Source of the DNA: Promethearchaeota archaeon
GTDB taxonomy: Archaea; Asgardarchaeota; Lokiarchaeia; Sigyniarchaeales; SOKP01
Direction of reading: 5' to 3'
Assembly (NCBI GenBank): GCA_030606485.1
Contig: JAUWGH010000001.1
Location: 690,001 to 722,000 of the forward strand
Length of the DNA: 32,000 nucleotides
Shown here: positions 19,298-27,464 of the stretch, piece by piece
Layout of the letters: each line of letters starts with the position of its first letter
Position numbering within the stretch: the first letter of the stretch is position 1
The notes under the pieces: model-generated
Seen by the model: the letters and a program-made list of their open reading frames with translations, nothing else
The model's database searches: none
What the model was told of the DNA's origin: nothing
Translations under genes and position numbers: made by a program

Positions 19298-19753
19298 TTA
19301 TGTATCCCAGCCGCCCTTGGCTCTCGCTTCCTCGATATCCTTATCCACGACCAATGAAGGGCGCTTATATGCCGCCATCCCCTTGCAATGTTCCAGTACC
19401 TTCTCTTCCATCAGGGTCATCCCTTCATGAACTTTGATGTATGCAACGATCCCATTGGTAAAGATTTTATGCTCTGCGCCGATGACTCCTACAAATTCTA
19501 CCTCGGGCATTTCGGCGATGAAATCCTCCACCTCGGGAGGAAATACTTGAAATCCTTTTGGTTTTATTATGAATTTTCTCCTACCGGAGAGATGCAAGCC
19601 TTTTTCATCCATGTACCCCAAATCTCCCGTGTATAAAATTCCCTCGGTGGATAGAACCGCTTTCGTGGCTTCCTCATTTCCAAAATACCCCTTGAACACT
19701 TGAGGACCTCCCACGCAGACTTCGCCGATCTCCCCGTTTGTTAGTTCTTTATT
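19298..19753 (-). pseudogene. C-terminal fragment of a long-chain acyl-CoA synthetase (ANL superfamily)
   Basis: GEIGEVCVGGPQVFKGY, LYTGDLG, GRRKFIIKPKGFQVFPPEVE, YKRP; in-frame stop at 19754-19756 upstream; no ATG; the A10 LP...K segment is absent. Confidence 0.85.
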
Positions 19754-19795
19754 TCACGAAGAAAAATATTTAGATGAAGAAATCATTATAGAGGT

Positions 19796-19826
19796 ATAGA
19801 AAAAAAGATATTCAAAACACTTTAAT
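19796..19826. repeat. 31-bp perfect inverted repeat, right copy; includes the last 4 codons, stop and T-tract of the dehydratase gene
   Basis: Reverse complement of 18362-18392. Confidence 0.95.
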
Positions 19827-21275
19827 ATCTAGAATCTCCTTAATTAGTTTCTTTTTACTTTCAAAATTTGCTTGTCTTCTTATCATTATTCTCTGAGCTT
19901 GAGGGGAACCTGCCCCATGCATTGACTCTGTTCTATAACTCACGGAAGCAACACCCATAGTTAAATTCTCTATGAAGCGTAAGACTTTATATCGATCTTC
20001 AACAGAAACTTCATTGCAAGTACTGAGATATTTTTTTAATAAAGATCCGACCACTTCAGAATTAAAATCTGCCTCAGATGGTAATGTACAAATAATCCCT
20101 CCTGCAATATCTTCCGCTAATCTGCCAATTTCATACGGAAAACGAGTAACGTTTTGTTTACATACATTTGCTAAAAGCATGTCCATTTCATAATTCCCAG
20201 CTTCTCTCTGAAATCCTAATGAACTACAAGCAATTCCACAACTATAAAGGGTTTCATTTAAATGTACCATCTCAACTAATTTATCTTGAATGTGACTGGC
20301 TTTTTCTACTCCATTATATTCTGAAATCAAAGATGTTGCACCAATAAGAACATCTCCTACACCTACTTTGCAACCACCATATGATTGACGATGAAATCCA
20401 GCAAACCGATTAACTAATTCTCCCGAAAATTTAATCTCTCTCTTCATAAAAATGCGATCATTTGGGATAAATACATCTTCAAAAATTACAAATATTTCTT
20501 GACCACCATATTTATAATTTCCAATATCTAATTTTCCTTTTTCCATTTTTCGAGTATCACAGGATTGTCTTCCATATATTAATGTTATTCCCTTTTCGTT
20601 TGTATCAACTCCAAAACTAACAGCATATTCCTCTTCACCAGGTCGTAAAGATAAAGTTGGCATAATGATGGCTCTGTGTGAGTTTAAGAATCCTGTCTGA
20701 TGGATTTTTGCACCCCTTACTATAATTCCATCATCATTCTCATCCACAATATGTAAAAATGCATCCGGATCTGTTTGTTTGTTCGGTCTTTTACTACGAT
20801 CTCCCTTTGTATCTGTCATTGCGCCGTCAACGGTCAAATCTTGATTCTGGACCTCAATCCAGTATTTCTTGAATCGTTCATGATAATTGGTTCCATATTC
20901 CTTATCCATTTCATAAGTTACACTATATAATGCATTTGCAGTATCAAAGCCTACACAACGTTGGAAACAACAAGCTGTTTTTTGCCCCATTAATCTCTGC
21001 ATTTTTACTTTTTTTATCAAGTCATCTACTGATTGATGGATATGGGTAAATCGATTTATTGTTTCACCTGTTAAATGAGAAGTTGCTGTCAATAAATCTT
21101 TATATTCATCGATTTGAGCTAATTCATAAATTTTTTTAACTGAATTGATCGAAGGCGATATTACCGGATGATTCCAGAAGTCCTTAATTTTCTCCCCAAA
21201 CATGTACAAATTAACAGGTCTCTTTATACTTTCTAAATATTCTTCTGGACTTTTCAGTACCATTTTCATTTTCAC
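19812..21275 (-). CDS. abfD: 4-hydroxybutyryl-CoA dehydratase / vinylacetyl-CoA delta-isomerase
   Basis: CFQRCVG and HRQSYGGCK [4Fe-4S] ligand motifs, GAMTDTKGDRS, GAKIHQTG, ESMHGAGSPQAQ. Confidence 0.9.
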   Translation of the reverse strand: MKMKMVLKSPEEYLESIKRPVNLYMFGEKIKDFWNHPVISPSINSVKKIYELAQIDEYKDLLTATSHLTGETINRFTHIHQSVDDLIKKVKMQRLMGQKTACCFQRCVGFDTANALYSVTYEMDKEYGTNYHERFKKYWIEVQNQDLTVDGAMTDTKGDRSKRPNKQTDPDAFLHIVDENDDGIIVRGAKIHQTGFLNSHRAIIMPTLSLRPGEEEYAVSFGVDTNEKGITLIYGRQSCDTRKMEKGKLDIGNYKYGGQEIFVIFEDVFIPNDRIFMKREIKFSGELVNRFAGFHRQSYGGCKVGVGDVLIGATSLISEYNGVEKASHIQDKLVEMVHLNETLYSCGIACSSLGFQREAGNYEMDMLLANVCKQNVTRFPYEIGRLAEDIAGGIICTLPSEADFNSEVVGSLLKKYLSTCNEVSVEDRYKVLRFIENLTMGVASVSYRTESMHGAGSPQAQRIMIRRQANFESKKKLIKEILDIKVF

Positions 21276-21381
21276 CTAAAAATTGTGATAATATAATAAA
21301 ACAATAGCATTTATGATTTTATATTTAAAATAATATTTATAATAATATTCTCTTGATATAAACTCAATATAAAACTTTGGA

Positions 21382-21846
21382 TTAATTTGCATTGATTAAA
21401 CTTTTTCTCATAACAAAATGTTCAATTTCATTAAAAAGCGTATGACCTTTTCTAATTACTTTATAATCGAGTTTTTCAAAAAAGTTTTCGGCTGTTTTTC
21501 TAGCGTTTAATATAATAGATTCTAATCCAAGATTTATTGCTTGCATTTCAATTTTTTTCATTAAATTTTTTCCAATATCCATTTTTTGATATTCTTTTTC
21601 AACTGCTAAGAACCTTATTTGCCCTTCTTTTTCGTTATTTTTATGAAGACGTGCTGTTCCAATAATTTTGTTATCCAAAATCGCGATGAATGAATAAGAT
21701 TCGTCTTCTCTTTCATCTCTTTCGGATCCTTTTGGTTGATTCCATGGTTTTCTTAATAATCTCCATCTTAAATCGTATAATGCCTCAAGTTCTTCTTTTG
21801 AAGCCGCCTTCCGAATTATTAATTTTTCCTCCATTATATTAACCAT
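21382..21846 (-). CDS. GNAT-family N-acetyltransferase
   Basis: LRWRLLRKP, IIGTARL, QIRFLAVEKEYQKMDIG, LNARKTAENFFEKLDY. Confidence 0.88.
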   Translation of the reverse strand: MVNIMEEKLIIRKAASKEELEALYDLRWRLLRKPWNQPKGSERDEREDESYSFIAILDNKIIGTARLHKNNEKEGQIRFLAVEKEYQKMDIGKNLMKKIEMQAINLGLESIILNARKTAENFFEKLDYKVIRKGHTLFNEIEHFVMRKSLINAN

Positions 21847-21900
21847 CTTTTAATTTATAAAAATTAATTAATTTTGATTTGATTTTAATTATATAAAAAC

Positions 21901-22788
21901 ATGGCTAAAAATACAAATATCCCCAAATTAGTTAAATCTCCAATCATTTCTTGTTCTCGAAGAACAGATATCCCTGCTTTCCTTATGGATTGGGTTATTG
22001 ACAAAATAAAACAAGGCTATGTTGATGTTGTAAATCCTTTTAATCGAAAACAAGTTTATAGAGTATCTTTAAGTCCTAAAGATGTGAAATGCTTTGTTTG
22101 GTGGAGTAAGAATTTTAGTACCTGGATTAAATACTATAAAAACTACAATAATTTATTCAAATCCTATAAAGGGCACTATTTCCAATTCACAATTAATACA
22201 CCCTCAGAGTTGGAATCAAATCTAAAAATATCATTAGAAAAAAGATTTAAGCAATTTGAATGGTTGGTCAATGAATTCGGAACTCTTGCGGTCAATTTCA
22301 GGTATGACCCAATAATATTTTATAAATCAATGGATTCAGATAAAGTTAAACATAATTTACAACAATTTGATTATATTATGGAGAATATTGCAAGTTTTGG
22401 AATAAAAGAAATGATATTTAGTTTCGCAAATATTTATCCAAAGGTAAAAAAGCGAATGTTGGCAAGAGGAAATGTACCTCTTGAACTCTCTTTTAAAAAG
22501 AAACAAGAAACTCTCAGAAAATTAAAAAAAGTATGTGATAAGTTCCAAATGAAAATGATGGCTTGCTGTCAGCCGGATTTACTCAAAATCGATGGAATAG
22601 AACAAGCACATTGCATTGATGCTATAAAAATCCAAAAAATAGTTAAAGAAGAGATACCCTCACTTAAAGACACCGGACAAAGAAAAGATTGTGGGTGTCA
22701 TAAGTCAAAAGATATAGGAGGATATACAGGTATTTTTAAGTGTATTCATAATTGCGATTATTGCTATGCTTCTCCAGCTAAAAGATAA
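21901..22788 (+). CDS. DUF1848-family protein (C-terminal CxxxCxYC Fe-S motif)
   Basis: IISCSRRTDIPAF, FVWWSKN, FRYDPI, QRKDCGC...DIGGY...CIHNCDYCYA. Confidence 0.85.
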   Translation: MAKNTNIPKLVKSPIISCSRRTDIPAFLMDWVIDKIKQGYVDVVNPFNRKQVYRVSLSPKDVKCFVWWSKNFSTWIKYYKNYNNLFKSYKGHYFQFTINTPSELESNLKISLEKRFKQFEWLVNEFGTLAVNFRYDPIIFYKSMDSDKVKHNLQQFDYIMENIASFGIKEMIFSFANIYPKVKKRMLARGNVPLELSFKKKQETLRKLKKVCDKFQMKMMACCQPDLLKIDGIEQAHCIDAIKIQKIVKEEIPSLKDTGQRKDCGCHKSKDIGGYTGIFKCIHNCDYCYASPAKR

Positions 22789-22866
22789 GATTTTTAATAA
22801 TTTTTTCTTATTCAATTATTTAATAATTTTTTATTGGATCATTCAGAAAATGTCCCTAAGATTTTA

Positions 22867-23490
22867 TTATTCCTTTATAGACCTTTTTCCTATTCTAAAT
22901 GGAAGATATCTTCCTACTTTTTGCCTATAATCTTCGTAAATATCGCCAAATCTAGTTGATAAAAATTTCTCCTCGTCCCTAACTTTTGAATTGAATGTAA
23001 TTATATTAAAAATTGAAATTATTAGTGTAAAGAGATTTGGAATGATCAAAAAATTTCCAATAAATAGTATAAATATGCCAAAAACAATGGGATGCCTCAT
23101 AAATCTATATATTCCTGATGTAATTAGCTCTGTTTCCTCTAATGGAAACTCGATTCTGAAGTTTAATCCAAGCGCTTTAATTCCTAGAGATTCTATAATA
23201 AACGAGATTATAATAACAATTATTCCGATAATAATATAAATATCAAAGGAGAGAAATGCAAAACTCCAGAGATTTCTAATGTAATCGTCAAAGATAACAT
23301 ATAAAATAATATAAATTAACCAAATCATAATCGAAACTGAGGTTAGTCTGGTCAATAATGAACCTCCTTCGTGGGTTCCATGAGGATTCATACCTTTCCT
23401 CCTTACTGCAACCACAGGAACAATAACTCCAATTAAAAACAAGATTAATACAGTTATTAAAAATATCTTTATGAACAATGGCTCAATCAT
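22867..23490 (-). CDS. ICMT/PEMT-family methyltransferase
   Basis: LGLNFRI...ELITSGIYRFMRHPIVFG...EEKFL..RFGDIYEDY...VGRYLP. Confidence 0.85.
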   Translation of the reverse strand: MIEPLFIKIFLITVLILFLIGVIVPVVAVRRKGMNPHGTHEGGSLLTRLTSVSIMIWLIYIILYVIFDDYIRNLWSFAFLSFDIYIIIGIIVIIISFIIESLGIKALGLNFRIEFPLEETELITSGIYRFMRHPIVFGIFILFIGNFLIIPNLFTLIISIFNIITFNSKVRDEEKFLSTRFGDIYEDYRQKVGRYLPFRIGKRSIKE

Positions 23491-23543
23491 TTCAATTCAT
23501 TATGGGTATGTAATTAGTGGCTACATCTTACATTATCTTAACA

Positions 23544-24104
23544 TTAAAAAAATAAAAAATATCTTGGCACTTTTCTCTTATATTCCTCGTATGATTCCCC
23601 ATACTGCTCTAAAAGCCTTTTTTCTTCACCTAATATACTAAAATGTGAGCAAAATATAGAAATTATAAGAATGATCATCGAAAACCACGAACCTATAACT
23701 AAGGAATATCCAAGAAATATAATATATATCAAGACTTGTTGTGGATTGCGAGATATTTTATACAATCCTGTAGTAATCGGTTTATTAAAAGATGCATTTT
23801 TAAAATTAATTGTTGCTATACTCATTCCAATCAAACCTACTGAAAATAATATAATCCCAACTATAAATTCGATGGAGCCAATTTTAAGTGGCGTTAAAAT
23901 TATTAAAATTAAATTGATGAGAGTAAATAATTTTCCCACTACAGTAAAAGCTCTTTGTAGTTTGGTCCAATTTTTTCTATCAAGAAGTCTCGTAGATGCA
24001 TCTCTTGAAGAAGTTTTAAAAAGAATGACTAATATCAGAACATGAATTGTTAAGAATACCCATCCATTAATGCAACCTATTTCTAAATTTGGAAAAAATT
24101 CCAT
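23544..24104 (-). CDS. ICMT/PEMT-family methyltransferase
   Basis: PITTGLYKISRNPQ...EEKRLLEQYGESYEEYKRKVPRY. Confidence 0.8.
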   Translation of the reverse strand: MEFFPNLEIGCINGWVFLTIHVLILVILFKTSSRDASTRLLDRKNWTKLQRAFTVVGKLFTLINLILIILTPLKIGSIEFIVGIILFSVGLIGMSIATINFKNASFNKPITTGLYKISRNPQQVLIYIIFLGYSLVIGSWFSMIILIISIFCSHFSILGEEKRLLEQYGESYEEYKRKVPRYFLFF

Positions 24105-24371
24105 CTTAAAATCATTATTTTTGATTAGATTCTTTTATATTTTTTAATATAGTTTAGGGAGCTTTTTTTTTTATCCTTAATTATATAAAATATTCATTGA
24201 AATATTTAAATATTTAGATTAATCTAATTTCAAAAAAGTAAGATTGGATTTTCTTTATAGATTTTTTGAATTTGAATAAAATCTTAGGACTATTTTATAT
24301 TTAATTATTTTTTTTTAATAGAAAATTGCAGCTAAGAAGGAAAATATAAGTCAGAGAATTTAAATGGTATA

Positions 24372-25100
24372 TTATATATCCTTTAATTTTAAAATTAATA
24401 ATTGAAAATTATCCTCTAAATCATACTCAATAATTTTTTCTAATGGTTCTTTAATATTAGCTAGATAATGTAAAGAATGAGAGTCTGAACCAATACCTAC
24501 AGGAATTTTATGTTCTTTTAATTTATTAAAAAATAATCTGTATTCCGATGAGTAATATTTTGAATAACTATAGTTAAACTCAAAATATATGTTATATTCC
24601 TTCATAAATTCAATCAAATCTTCTAAATAATTATAAATTAAATATCCCGGATCAAAATGTGCTAATCCCAAAATCGGAAAATTGGAATCCGAGTTAATTG
24701 AGACTTTCCAATATTTAATTATCCTTTCAATTTTAACAGCATCTTTCATATTTTGAAGATGCTCAAATAAAATCAATTGGAATTTATCTATCTCAATATT
24801 ATTCTTTATATAATCGATCGAGCTTCTTAAATCAATTTCGACACCACTCAATAATTTCAGAGGTAATTTTTTTGACCTCAAGAATTCTTGATACTCTGAA
24901 ATTTCATCTAAATACCTTGAAATTTTTCTCCTACTGTTTAAAGTTTTAATAATATTTGCCTTCCAAGTATTTGTAAAATGATCTGTAATTGCAATATAAT
25001 CTAATCCTAATCTCAAAGATTCTAATACAATTTCTTCAATTGTTTTTGCCCCATCCGAAAAATTAGAGTGAATATGTAGATTTACTCTCGGAAACTCCAT
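24372..25100 (-). CDS. PHP-domain phosphoesterase
   Basis: NLHIHSNFSDG, AITDH, GVEID, LAHF, FEFN, IGSDSH. Confidence 0.88.
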   Translation of the reverse strand: MEFPRVNLHIHSNFSDGAKTIEEIVLESLRLGLDYIAITDHFTNTWKANIIKTLNSRRKISRYLDEISEYQEFLRSKKLPLKLLSGVEIDLRSSIDYIKNNIEIDKFQLILFEHLQNMKDAVKIERIIKYWKVSINSDSNFPILGLAHFDPGYLIYNYLEDLIEFMKEYNIYFEFNYSYSKYYSSEYRLFFNKLKEHKIPVGIGSDSHSLHYLANIKEPLEKIIEYDLEDNFQLLILKLKDI

Positions 25101-25385
25101 GTTCTTTAATTCTACAATAATCCATAGTTTTTAAAAATATTTATAAAGTTTTTCAATATTAAAATATGTAAAATATTAAATTTTTGAAACCCAAATTAAA
25201 AGACCAAGCAAATTTTTAATAAAAGAAAAGAATCCCAGATTTCACTCTCGTTTGGAAAAAATATTAGGTAAAAATTATGTATTATACTTCGATGAGAAAA
25301 GAAATAGATTAGTAAAACCTATAAAAAAGATTCTTTTTCGAAAAATCCATAATTATTAAATATCAGATAATTATAAATTGTAATT

Positions 25386-26015
25386 ATGAAGATAAAATGG
25401 ATATCCCATGCATGTTTTCAAATTATAACAGAATCTGGTAAGGTTATATATTTAGATCCTTATGAAATTCCTACTGGCTTAGAAAAGGCAGATATTGTCA
25501 TTTCAAGTCATTCTCATGGAGATCATATGGATAGTTCATCGATTAGAAAAATATCAAAAGACTCTACAATTGTAATTGGACCTGAAAGTGAATCAGATAA
25601 TTTAACAAAATTTAATGGCAAAGGTTTAAAATTAGGAGTAATTTTTGAGGTAGAAGACATTAAGATACAACTTGTTCCCGCATATACTATCAAAAAGAGT
25701 ACTCATCCAAAAAATAGAGGGTGGGCAGGTATAATAATTGAAGCAGAAGGAAAGAGAACTTATCACGCCGGAGATACAGAACGAATTCCGGAAATGAAGG
25801 ACTTAAAAGATATTGATGTTGCGATGCTTCCATGTGGGGGAACTTACACCATGGATTTTGACGAATCTACTGATGCTGCGTGTGATATTAACCCAAAAAT
25901 CGCAATTCCCATGCATAATTGGGGTAAGGATTTAAACCAATTTAAGGACATGTTGAAAAATAAAAATCCAGATATAATAGTTGAGATTTTAGAAGATAAA
26001 GATCTTCAACTATAG
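25386..26015 (+). CDS. Metallo-beta-lactamase-fold hydrolase
   Basis: WISHACF, SHSHGDH, YHAGDT, AIPMH. Confidence 0.9.
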   Translation: MKIKWISHACFQIITESGKVIYLDPYEIPTGLEKADIVISSHSHGDHMDSSSIRKISKDSTIVIGPESESDNLTKFNGKGLKLGVIFEVEDIKIQLVPAYTIKKSTHPKNRGWAGIIIEAEGKRTYHAGDTERIPEMKDLKDIDVAMLPCGGTYTMDFDESTDAACDINPKIAIPMHNWGKDLNQFKDMLKNKNPDIIVEILEDKDLQL

Positions 26016-26031
26016 TCTTTTTTTTATTAAT

Positions 26032-27258
26032 TTAACTTTGCTTGTTTGTTTTTAGATTTAATTTTTTAAATGCCATGAAAAATGCAACAAGAGAAAAAAT
26101 GGACATAATAATTCCCAACCAATAAGGTTCAAGCGCCCATAATATAAAACCACCAAGCAAAGGTCCTATTATTTGAGCAAAATTATCCAAAGCAGAGGAA
26201 TAACCATTTATTTTTCCTTGTTCTTTAGGAGTTACCGATTGAGTTATTTTACTACTGAGAGTACCCCTGGTGCAAGAAGCTGCAAAGCTAACAAATAATA
26301 ATAAAATTAAAGCTTGTTGCCAATATTGAGTAAATCCAATGAGAAAAAATATAACAGTAAATATACCTAACCCAAGTTTTAACATTTTGTTAAGACCTAA
26401 TTTATTTAGAGTAGGCTTAAAAAGAGTAAATCTTATAATTGCTCTAAATATGCCTGAGATCATCAATAACATTCCGATCTGAAATCCATCTAAACCAAGA
26501 ACGCTAGCTGCAAATAATGAAAAAGTAGATACATATATAATGAAAGACACCGTGTGGAACCCCCATTGAGTTAATAAGAACATTGCATTTTTATTTTTTC
26601 TAATTTTAATTTTTACTTTATCTTTGTCTTTTTTCACTCGATTATGTTTTGGCCAAGTTTCTTTTAATAAAAAGATAGTTAAAATAATTGTGAATAGCGA
26701 TAATCCCGCAGCAACTATTCCAGGTGCCATGATACCCCATATTGATAAAACTCCTCCTAGACCAGGACCAATAAGTGAAGATAAAACATGGCATACTCCT
26801 ACATTTGTCATTTGAATTGGTCTATCTTTCGGAGGCACGCTATCGCTAATAATAGCTTTAGCAATAGGATAATTCCCTCCGAAAATTCCATCAACAATAC
26901 GTGAAAGAAAAAGCATTTCTAAAGACGTTGAAAAAGCAAGCATTAAAAAGCCAACCATTGTTCCAATCTGAGATATTAATAATAATGGTCTTCGACCAAA
27001 TTTATCACTTAATTTTCCCAAAATGATTGCAAAAAAAAAAGAAAACATCGCATTTGTTGCCAAGAGGAGACCAATAATAAATTCATTAGTTTCAAATACT
27101 TCTACGAAAATTGGTAAAAATGGAATTAATATCGAAAATCCTAGAATATCGATAAAAATTGCTATCCATAAAGGGATTAAATTTGGATATTTAATTTTTT
27201 CTGACTTTTCAAAAGACCCTTGAAACCCATTAGAACTATTATTTTTTTCTTTTTGCAA
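26032..27258 (-). CDS. MFS transporter (TetA/DHA1-like)
   Basis: FIDILGFSILIPFLP, GKLSDKFGRRP, SRIVDGIFGGN, GPGLGG, EQGKING...IIGPLLGG; TTG start. Confidence 0.9.
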   Translation of the reverse strand: MQKEKNNSSNGFQGSFEKSEKIKYPNLIPLWIAIFIDILGFSILIPFLPIFVEVFETNEFIIGLLLATNAMFSFFFAIILGKLSDKFGRRPLLLISQIGTMVGFLMLAFSTSLEMLFLSRIVDGIFGGNYPIAKAIISDSVPPKDRPIQMTNVGVCHVLSSLIGPGLGGVLSIWGIMAPGIVAAGLSLFTIILTIFLLKETWPKHNRVKKDKDKVKIKIRKNKNAMFLLTQWGFHTVSFIIYVSTFSLFAASVLGLDGFQIGMLLMISGIFRAIIRFTLFKPTLNKLGLNKMLKLGLGIFTVIFFLIGFTQYWQQALILLLFVSFAASCTRGTLSSKITQSVTPKEQGKINGYSSALDNFAQIIGPLLGGFILWALEPYWLGIIMSIFSLVAFFMAFKKLNLKTNKQS

Positions 27259-27336
27259 TAGGTTTTACAATAATCCAAAATTTTTAAAAATAATTATTAG
27301 ATTATATAACCTAGAATTCCTTAAAATATTAGAATT

Positions 27337-27420
27337 ATGAAATCTATATTCAAAAAAAAGTGTAGACCAGGATTTCAAGTTAAAGTGGAGATTTTAGAGG
27401 ATAAAAATTTAATAGACTAA
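27337..27420 (+). pseudogene. Relic C-terminus of an MBL-fold paralogue (MKSIFKKKCRPGFQVKVEILEDKNLID*)
   Basis: VEILEDK identical to the end of 25386-26015 with synonymous changes; stop codon at the same codon offset. Confidence 0.65.
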
Positions 27421-27464
27421 ATTAAAATTTCTTCCATTTATTTCTTATAAAAAATGAATAGATC

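Larger units (their letters stand above)
18362..19826. mobile_element. Putative non-autonomous IR-bounded element or composite-element remnant (1465 bp) carrying an ICMT gene and an acyl-CoA synthetase fragment
   Basis: Perfect 31-bp terminal IRs, internal partial repeat of the right end, GC-shifted gene fragment; no transposase visible. Confidence 0.45.

Noticed and set aside
27031-27040. A10 homopolymer in the MFS gene as a phase-variation tract
   Set aside because: The frame is intact (encodes SFFF) and such runs are common at this AT content
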